This document shows, piece by piece, positions 51,438-64,000 of a DNA stretch of 64,000 nucleotides (within the stretch, counting starts at the first letter, position 1; every line of letters starts with the position of its first letter). The position numbers and the translations under genes are program-made. This DNA is from the human T2T-CHM13v2.0 reference genome, Homo sapiens. The stretch is from NCBI RefSeq assembly GCF_009914755.1, contig NC_060929.1; one strand, written 5' to 3'. The notes under the pieces were generated by a model, which was given only the letters and a program-made list of their open reading frames with translations, was not told where the DNA came from and searched no databases.

Positions 51438-52249
51438 GATTAGGTGTTTTTAAAGCTGTCTTTCTGCTGGAATGTTCTATGGAGAGAGCAGTGAACAGGG
51501 AAGGAGGAAAAGAAGAAGGGATAGCAGGAGTCACTGGGGAATCTCTTTGAGACCCAGTTGCGGGGAGAGGAAGAAGGTCTGGCCTTTCTACTCAGTAAGG
51601 CTCTGTTTAGGTTAACCCTTCTTTTCCTCTTGCTGCTGGCTCTCACTTGGGAGAAACGTAATGGCCCAAGCCTTAAGAGTGTCTGAGCAGATCTGAACTG
51701 CATGCTCCAGTGTGTTGCTGGAGAGGCGTGGCTGTGGCTCTGGTGGAAGGTGAGAGGGGAGACCACTATCCTAGTCTAGAAGAGGCCTGAGGCCTCGGCC
51801 TCCAAGAGGACCGCTCTCTGTGCCCTGGCCTGCTGCTATCCCTGGAGGAGCCCCGGATGTCCTTCCGACTGGGCCTGTGTGTCAGGGAGAGAGAATGTAG
51901 TCTGTGGTCAGTGTGGCTGGCAGCCAGCCTGGCAGATGGCCAGAACCCAGAGCTCGCTGGGAAGGAGCATAAACAAGGCGCCTGGTGGGCAGCTGTGACC
52001 CAGAATCTTCCAGCAGAAGAGCAGTGAGGAAGGAGGGGGGAATGCCAGGGGGACCCTCGCCCCGATTCCCCAGGCTGCCCAGCACTCAGGCATCAGTCAG
52101 GGACAGCATGGGGCTCCCTGAGGCACCGGGCAAGCAGCTGCCACAGAAAGAACTGGAGGAGCCCACTTTGAAGGGGTCTCCTGAGACTCTGTGATCCCAT
52201 GACTCTGTGATTCAGCTTTTCTTACACTGTAGAGTCACTCTGTACAGAG

Positions 52250-52750
52250 GACATCTGTGGTTTTCCCTTGCCGAGCATCCACTCTGCTCCTTCTGTTAGC
52301 AGCACCCTAGTTATCCTCCAGGAAACCACCCCGCCTCCACTCAGTCCATGCGGTTTGGGTGAGGCTGACTTTGCTTTTCCACCCTCCCAGCTTGAGGGTG
52401 GGCATGTGTGCCCGGCCTGGCCAATCAGCAGATTTCTTCTTCTGCTGGATCCAGTGAAACCCAATCCAAGGGATTTTGCTGGAACTCTTGGGAAAAGTAA
52501 AATTGACAGCAATTGGCTTGATGCATATCTGGAGGTGCTGGGGGCCATCTGGTCCTGACATGGGAGGAGCTTGCCAGAGAATGAAGCCATCACAGAGAAA
52601 GACAGCATAGAGAGGGAGGGAGAGGACAACAGATTGATTAATTGACATGTGTAAGAGACAGAAAAATAACTGAGACTTGATGAAATGGTTTGAGCTCCTA
52701 GATCCAGCTTTAAATGATGTAGTTGGTATCTAATCCCTGGACTTTTCAGT
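52250..52750 (+). mobile_element. Old MLT1-type (MaLR) LTR
   Basis: gcttgccagagaatgaagcca...ggtttgagctcctagatccagc...cctggacttttcagt resemble MLT1J/K-type LTRs. Confidence 0.55.
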
Positions 52751-53232
52751 GAAGGGGTCTAGAATATGCTGCCATGGCATAAAAATTATTATGAGCAGAA
52801 GGGATTTGAGTTCCTGAAATCTTTGATCTGCCTAAAAGTAGAGCCTCCCAAAAGAACTCAATTATAAATCCCCTCCCAGAGCAATCAGGGAAGATTGACT
52901 GTTATCTCTGAAGGCTAGAAGTCACCACACCTAAACAGACTGTCACAAAATTATCATATCTCCCATCTATTCTCCTAAGGGCCCATCTCTCTTTCCTAAA
53001 AGTCACGTGTTCCTGTAAGTGCCCTTCTCCCTTTTCCTTCCTCTATTAAGATGGTATATAAACTCCCAATTCTAATGCCTTCCTGAGTCACATTTTTGTG
53101 TGAATTCCTTTAAGGATAAGATTAAATGATTAAATCCGTCTCTTCTCATGCTAATCTGTCTTTTGTCAGTTTAATTTGCAGGCCCCCAGTCATTATCCTA
53201 ACAAGGTAGAGGAAAACTTTTCCCTGCCCCGT
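52750..53232 (+). mobile_element. ERV1 LTR, MER34/MER39-like
   Basis: Starts tgaaggggtctagaatatgc...ggcataaaaattatt; ends ctaatctgtcttttgtcagtttaatttgcaggcccc...ggtagaggaaaactttttccctgcccc. Confidence 0.65.
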
Positions 53233-53449
53233 CTCCACCTGCTCATCTAAGCTTCCATGACTCCAACATTCTACACAAGTCTATGATTTACCTAAGAACT
53301 AAATTCTACTTCATTTTCTTCAAGGCAGAAAGAAGCCAGCAAAGAACCTGGGGCCCTTTAAAACCCACCCTGATTGCTTGGAATTGGAGGGATTTGCCAA
53401 TGAAATCTCAAGGATCCTGGCTGCATTTCTGCCCTGTCAGCACCCCCGG

Positions 53450-54078
53450 TGTTATCGGAAAAGGGGGTCCTGATACAGAACTCAAGAGAGGGTTCTTGGA
53501 CCTCACACAACAAAGAGTTTGGGGAGAGTCCATAAAGTGAAAGCAAGTTTATTAAGGAAATAAAGGAATAAAAGAACGGCTACTCCATAGGCAGAGCAGC
53601 AGCTTGGGCTGCTGGACTAAGGATACTTATTGCTTGATTATATGCTAAACAGGGGGTGAATTATTCATGATTTTTCAGGAAAGGGGTGGGCAATTTCCGG
53701 AGCTGAGGGTTCCCCCTCTTTTAGACCATATAGGGTAACTTCCTGATGTTGCCATGGCATTTGTAAACTGTCGTGGCACTGGTGGGAGTGTCTTTTAGCA
53801 TGCTACTGCATTGTAATTAGTGTATAATGAGTGGTGAGGATGACCAGAGGTCACTTTCATGACCATCTTGGTTTTGTTGAGTTTTGGCCGGTGTCTTTAC
53901 TGCAACCTGTTTTATCAGCAAGGTCTTTTATGACCTGTATCTTGTGCCGACCTCCTATCTCATCAACGCGTGACTAAGGATGCCTTAACTTTTTGGGAAT
54001 GCAGCCCAGTAGGTCTCAGCATTATTTTACTCAGCTCCTGTTCAAGATGGAGTCGCTCTGGTTTGAATGCCTCTGACA
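53450..54078 (-). mobile_element. Full-length MER41 (B-like) ERV1 solo LTR, 629 bp
   Basis: The minus strand starts tgtcagaggcattcaaaccagagcgactccatcttgaa and ends ...ccccttttccgataaca (TG...CA termini), matching MER41. Confidence 0.88.
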
Positions 54079-54154
54079 ACAGCATATACCCTAGGGAAAC
54101 TTGATTTCTAGAGCACAAACCCGCAAAGAGAATGCCATGGGTCCTAGTAGTGTC

Positions 54155-54540
54155 CTTCATTCATCTGTCAATTCAATGCAAATGTATGGAACACCAACTG
54201 TTTTCAAAGATGAAGTTCTTATCCTCAGAGATCTTAGATTTTGGTGAGGAAAACAGACCAGTAAAAAAAATTTCATCAGAAAGTGATTAGTGCTATATTA
54301 GAGGTAAGTACCGAGAAGCAGCCTGTAGACCAGGGGGAGGCAGTAGGCATGACATAGGTGCTTCATGAAAGAAGTGACCTTTGAGCTGAATTCCACAGGA
54401 TGAGGAGTCAGGCAGGAGAGAGGGTAGAAGAAGAGCTTTCCGGGCAAGCAAAGGAGCAATATGAGGTGCCAAATCCAAGGGATGGGAGAGGCTGTGGCTT
54501 GTAAGAGGAATTAGCTGGGGTAGAGTTGGTGTGGGTAGAG
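54155..54540. mobile_element. L2 fragment
   Basis: ttcattcatctgtcaattcaatgcaaatgtat...gaagtgacctttgagctga. Confidence 0.6.
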
Positions 54541-55042
54541 ATTCCCTATTAGGGAACAGGGTGGCTGGCATGCTGTTTGACAAGCTGGTTTTGATGAGGG
54601 CTGCTTCCTACATGTAAGAACATACAGACAGCAAGCAACACAGCTCAGTCCCAAACCTGAGCCCCGGGCAAAGCCTGACTCATGTCCAAAGAGTAGAAAA
54701 CAAGCTGGTGGATCCCCAGTCAGGGTTCCAAGCCAAGGGGTACAGCAGAGCCTCTGAGCATACGTATTGGTGAGCTCCATGCCCACAGTGGGCACTTGGA
54801 CCTTTCCCTATTGGAAATTACTGTAGGCCACTAAAGGCAGGGCCCAGCGATACTTTGCAAAGATCTTCATTCTCCTCTCCCGCTCCCCAATTCCTCCTAG
54901 ATACCCCTTTTTCCCATGCATGTCCTTCAGCTCTGCAGAGCCTATGAGGACAGTAAATGACCATGTGTAAAAGTAGGTGCTTTGTGGAGCCAGGCAACCC
55001 CAGGTTCCACTCCTTGCTGGGCCATTATTGAGAGTGTGACCT

Positions 55043-55712
<670 letters not shown>

Positions 55713-55849
55713 TGACACAGTTTCTCTGTATCTCTCTCCTCCTCTGCAGAATGAAGATTATAGTACAGATTACATGAAGTAATGCATATATAGTGAAACA
55801 GTCATAAATTCACTCATTGACTCTTTTGTCTGTGGAGCATTCCTTTCTT

Positions 55850-56285
55850 TGGGAATCCATGCTATTCATTCCATGTACTCTGTTGAGACTTTCAGTCAGA
55901 GCCTTGGCCTCTTCCTGGGCACAGGGTAGGGGCACAGACCATGCCCAGCCAATCATGAGATCCCCTTTTTGGCAACAGTGATTGGTCCCTGGGGTGGGCT
56001 GAAGCCTCAAGAAAGCCAACCAGAGCCTGCCTTGGGAAAGGACTGCTTCTTCCTGGGGTTACTGAGCTGGGAGAATATAAATCCCGAGAGAGCCTGTCTA
56101 TCTGTGGATGAAGTCACTTCTTAGAAGGAAATACAGCCAAGATGACGAAGATGATGTAGACATCATCTTGCATTGCTTGAAGCCAGATTCACTTCCTGAC
56201 TTCCTAATTCTATGAGCCAGTTCGTTAGTTGGGTTTTCCTTATTTAGTTGGGGTTCCTTTACTTGTAGTCATAAGAATCTTAAAT
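55850..56285 (+). mobile_element. Old MLT1-type LTR remnant
   Basis: gcccagccaatcatga...ggcaacagtgattggtcc...ttagttggggttcctttacttgtagtcataagaatc. Confidence 0.5.
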
Positions 56286-56604
56286 CATTTGGCATGCAAA
56301 GCCCTGAGCACAGTATCTGCCACATACGAAGGGCTCAAAGAATTGTCACTACAGTGAGGAGGGTGGAAATGATCTTATTCCCCCTTCATCACCACCGTTT
56401 TTACTCCCAGAACACAGTTTCACTTCTTTTCCTTCTGGTCTGCTGGCTGTGTGGGCTTCCCATTGGCAGGAATGGGGTAGGGGTCAGGGATACAGTGACA
56501 GGCAAGCCAAACTACCCAGTGCCCACCAGACAGACAGCATGGGAGCTGTGGCCACACCACCAACGTCCCCAGCGTGTCCACTGAATGTGATTGGAATCAA
56601 CTGC

Positions 56605-57371
<767 letters not shown>

Positions 57372-57445
57372 TCATATCTAGAAGCCTCTACAGACAGCTC
57401 TACATTGCTGGGTGCAGACCCGCCATAAAAGCAAGCTCTCTCCTC

Positions 57446-58036
<591 letters not shown>

Positions 58037-58409
58037 GGCCCTTCTCTTTAAAGGGAATAGGAGCAGCCTAAATCACCCCAGCAACTGCTTTGGGGTCTGA
58101 GAGAAGCAGATGCAGCAGTTGTTGAAAATCAGGAGGCACTTAAGTAAGGTGAGATCCCAGCTCCATATGACGTTCTTTTGCAAAAGCCTTGTGGGGTCCC
58201 CTTATTCCCCTTACACATGCAGACCTCTGTATGACCTTAGTGAGTAGCTGGGAAGCAGCTGCTACCTGCTGTTCTGGAAGCAGGCAGGATCCCACAGGTG
58301 ACAGTATGAGTAAAGGTAAAAGATCCTGGCCAGAGCACAAGAGATATGGGGTCTGAGCCTGCTCTGGCAGGATAGAGCATAGCTGGATATGGGAACACTT
58401 CCCTTTGAC

Positions 58410-58760
58410 GCAGCATTCTGTCTCTAGGGATTTATCACACAGATAATCTTGCAAAAGCGCATAAAGACTTCAGAAGAAGGCTATTTGCTGCAGCATGGAT
58501 TGTGATTAGCAGAAGACTAGAAAAAAAAGACCAAGTGGCCAGTAGGAGGTGATTTAATTAAACAAATTATGATGCACCTGAACAATGGAATGCTCTGTGC
58601 TCTTACAAGAAATGAGGTTCATGTAGATGTGCTGAAAGAGGCTGACATATGAGACAAGTTGTTAGTGAAAAATGCAAGGTAAGAACAGTGTGTCCGTTAT
58701 ACTCACATTTGTGGGGGGTGCTAAGAAGAGGTGTTTGTGTGTATTTATGAAATCATCTTT
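58410..58760 (+). mobile_element. Ancient L1ME fragment
   Basis: cagcattctgtctctagggatttatc...aacaatggaatgctctgtgc...aagaaatgagg. Confidence 0.55.
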
Positions 58761-59081
58761 TGCTATCTAAATCTATTTGGTTTCTGAATTCAGATATCTA
58801 GGGTTCAGAAAGCAAGGAATGCTACATTACTGGAATCTTTGACTCCTACATTTCATTTCAGACAGCAAACAGCAAGAGTCAGATAGCAGATAGTTCATCC
58901 AAGAGGTGGTCTGAATCCATTTAGTTTTCTGCGTTGGAATAGTATTTGGATAACTAGAGTAGATAGTAGAGACATCTGTATATGTATAATTCTCACACCT
59001 ATTTATATGTGGACTCTCTGGGAAGACACACAAGAAATTGATTAGTAATGATTTTTGCAACAGGGAGTAAGTCGGCCCTGA

Positions 59082-60888
<1,807 letters not shown>

Positions 60889-60994
60889 ATTTATATTACC
60901 ACATGCATTACCTATTCGAAATTCAGAGTATCTTCCTTGTAAACATACAAGAGATGGTACTAAATGTTAAATGCACAGTATCTGTTTTATTCCG

Positions 60995-61115
60995 CCATTA
61001 TCCCTGTTTCACAGATGAGAAAACCGAGGCTCAGAGAGGTTCTTCTACTTGCCCAAAGTCACACAGCTCATAAGAGGCATGCCTGCAATATGAAACCAAG
61101 TGGCTTCTCAGCTCC
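60995..61115. mobile_element. MIR
   Basis: cacagatgagaaaaccgaggctcagagagg...acttgcccaaagtcacacagct. Confidence 0.85.
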
Positions 61116-61332
61116 AGGGCTGCCATTCATGAGTCCCCACTCAAGTCCGTGCCCACTGTAAACCTGAGTTTCCTCAGTGAGCACTTTGGAATGCACGAGG
61201 GGTAGAAAACTCAAAGCCACAGGGGCCTGGTCAGTAACACAAAAGGGCGAAGTGGGCACAGTTGTTGGCTCTGTCTGGAGCAGTTTCAACTTAGCTCAGG
61301 GAAAGGCCAGCCCAGAATTGCCAGATTTTGAA

Positions 61333-61633
61333 TTTTTTTTTTTTTTTTTTTTGAGACAGGGTTTCACACTGTCACCCAGGCTAGAGTGCAGTGGCGTGAC
61401 CTTGGCTCACTGCAGCCTCAACCTCCTGGGCTCAGGCAATCTTCCCACCTTAGCTTCCTGACTAGCTGAGACCAGAGGCACGCAACACCACACCTAGCTA
61501 AGTTTTCCATTTTTTATAGAGACAGGGTCTTGCTATGTTGTCCAGGCTAGTGTCGAATTACTGGGCTCAAGAAGTCCACCTGCTTCAGCCTCTCAAAGTG
61601 CTGGGATTACAAGCAACACCCACTGTCCCTGGC
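61333..61633 (-). mobile_element. AluJ (reverse)
   Basis: Reverse AluJ consensus. Confidence 0.9.
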
Positions 61634-61879
61634 CAGATCTTTGGAATTTTTAAGAGAAATCAGAAATCAGATTTTTATGTGCAACCTATTTCTGTTTAAA
61701 TGTTGGCAACTAATTCTTTTTTTTTTTTTTTTTTTTTAACTGTGCAGACTGAGAAGCAGAACAAAAACAACAGCAAAGGGCTGCTGATTTGTCTTTCTGG
61801 ACTAGCAGATCTCTAAGGAGTCTTTGGCTCAGACATCTTGACTTTCAGCACAGTCTCTGGGGAGACAACATAAATTCCA

Positions 61880-62640
61880 CTCCCAAGAGGTGGACATGGG
61901 AGAAAGGAGAGGGCAGTGGGGAAGATGAAGGTATCCAGCCTCCCCTCATTAAGCCCCTCCAGAGGTTATTTGGGGAATAGGGGTTGCTGGGAAGCCAGGT
62001 CACAGGGAGCTCGAGAGGTGCGGGAAGGCAGCTGGGCCTGCGATAAATCAGCCGCCATAACCTGCCCGCTTTCCCAGAGTCAGTCTGCTCCCTGGGGTGC
62101 AGGGAGCTGGCAGGGCACCAGGGGAGGCTGAATTTCCTTTGCAATGGGAACCCCCCCACCTCCGCCGCCCACACCAGCCATTTTCTCCACCTCTCCTTTC
62201 TCACTGCTCTTCCAATGGAAACCCTGCCCTCCCTTCCTCCCCCAATCGACCCTTCTTAGCTGAGGGGGGATTGATCCAGACCTTGCCCGTCTTTCTGGGC
62301 CTCCCTTCCCTCCCCCTCAGTGGCTTCGATTCCCTCCTGAGCCTACGGCCCATTCCGTCTTCAGCAGACTTGTCTTCCTCTGAGATCCAGCCTGGCAGAG
62401 AGCAGCCACGTGATTGATGAGCTAAGATGCTGGGCTGGCAGGCGGGTGGCAGCCAGCCAGAGACAAGGCTCTCACAAGATAGCAGAGCTGCCCCGGGGAG
62501 AGCCCGCAGCTACCGGGATGCGATGCTCCCTGGGGTTGCCCCCTTAGTCCCCCGATGCCTGGGTTGGTGGTGGCAGCACTCTGGGCAGAGCAGGTAGCCA
62601 CAAGTGTCACTGGTACAGTACCTGGTGCGCACTGGTCCCT
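61880..62640. promoter_or_regulatory. GC-rich non-repeat segment, candidate regulatory element
   Basis: Raised GC and scattered CpGs outside repeats; CACGTG at about 62407, GATAA at about 62042. Confidence 0.35.
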
Positions 62641-62834
62641 CAATGAATGAGTGCTCTCTTCTTTCCCCACTCCAAAACAGAGGCCCAAGTAGATGAACAC
62701 AGTGAACTTCTTAAAGCTGGAAATGTCTGTCATTCAGTCATGCCACTCAGTTCAGGTGTTTGTAATTTGCCTATTCATTCATTCATTCATGTGTGCAACA
62801 TGAAGCTTTGCTTGTGGAGGATCAGCACTCCATT

Positions 62835-64000
62835 GTCACTGCGAGTGTGGTCTTGGGAGGCAGGCTGGTTTGAATCCAGGCTCCATTCCTTCCTAGCTGC
62901 CTGACCTTGGGCAGGTCTCTTCACCTGCCTAAGTTGCAGCTTCTCTCAAGGTTGCCATTGCAAGATTCAGCCAGATAATACATGTAAACTGCTTAGAACA
63001 GAGCCTAGCATAGAAAAGAGATCAATAAATTCATTCATTCAACGACTGATAGCTGAAGGCCTACATTGGGCCAGGTTCTGGGGCCACAGTCACTAACAAG
63101 ACAGGTAAGGTCTCTGATCTCAAGCACTTCATCTTTGAGAGAGGAAAGACTGACAGACACATAACTGAATGAAAAAACAAGGACATCCTAGGGAGAGCTA
63201 AGAGGATGTAAAATGGCGAGGGGTGATGGAGGGGGCAGTAGTCATGAAGGCCCTTTCAGGGAGGGGACTTGGGAGCTGAGTTTGGATGAGGAAGCGGCTG
63301 TCAGGTGAAAACCTGGGGAAACAGCATTCTAGCTAGAGGGAACAGCACATGTTCCTGGAGGCAGGAATAAACCTTGGAATATGTAAGAATCAGAAAAAGA
63401 AAAGAGAGACCACTGTGGAGAAGCAAAAGGAAGGGGAGCGTATAGGAGATGAGCTTGGAGACACAGACAAGCCAGATCAGCTAGGGCTTGCAGGCTGGCA
63501 TAAAGGTTTTATTTTAAGCACAGTGGGAAGTGACTGTGCTTTTGTTTTTGTTTGCTTTTTGGTCTGTATAGCTGGAAAAAAAAGGAATTAATTGCCAACA
63601 CTTTAAGCACAGGAGCAGTCTGACGGGGGAAATAGGAGAGAGAGCAGCTACCATGGTGGCTTGGGCTCCGGTGGTGGCCATAGCAAATTTAGGAGGGTTT
63701 GGGAGGCACAGGGACAGGTCTTTTCCTGGTTACCTGGGAGGAGGGTGATCACAATCAAGGTGTCCATTCTATTATCTCATTTGAGCCTCCTAATGAATGC
63801 TGGTGTAGGTCATGTACTGAGCTAGGGAAGCCTGGAGAGACTGTTTCGCAGCCTTTGTGGATAATGGTGATTTTGCTTTATGCAGTGAGTTAAGAATAGA
63901 GGGTACAATGCTTACAGGAGGTGATCTCTGTCCTCGAGAATCTAAGGTTTAGTTGGGGAGTCAGAGAAATGAGCAGGCAATGACAATCCAGTGTGACAGC
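62835..64000. mobile_element. MIR (about 62835-63030) followed by L2 fragments (about 63030-63530, 63900-64000)
   Basis: gtttgaatccaggctcc...gaccttgggcagg; ttcattcattcaac...cattctagctagagggaacagcac. Confidence 0.7.

Overview
This is primate, almost certainly human, genomic DNA. The only protein-coding sequence I can support is exon 1 of PWWP2A on the minus strand (ATG at 5974, GT donor after 5391). It lies in a CpG island with a TATA-less CCAAT/GC-box/YY1 promoter. Positions 1-5390 are intron 1. The remaining ~58 kb is upstream intergenic DNA; from recalled genome organisation this is 5q33.3, running towards FABP6, which is not visible here. The region is extremely Alu-dense (roughly a hundred copies by eye, many nested or in tandem). 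It also has L1, L2 and MIR fragments, hAT DNA transposons (MER30, MER33, MER20) and LTRs (MLT1, MLT2, THE1/MST, MER34/39-like, and a full-length MER41 solo LTR). Three non-repeat GC-richer islands are candidate enhancers. Almost all ORFs in the track are Alu translation artefacts. I found no convincing new biological system. The findings are modest structural and regulatory oddities: a perfect Alu fold-back hairpin, repeated same-site Alu insertions, a MER41 LTR with decayed GAS motifs, and small motif-bearing duplications. Repeat boundaries and subfamilies were assigned by eye and are approximate.
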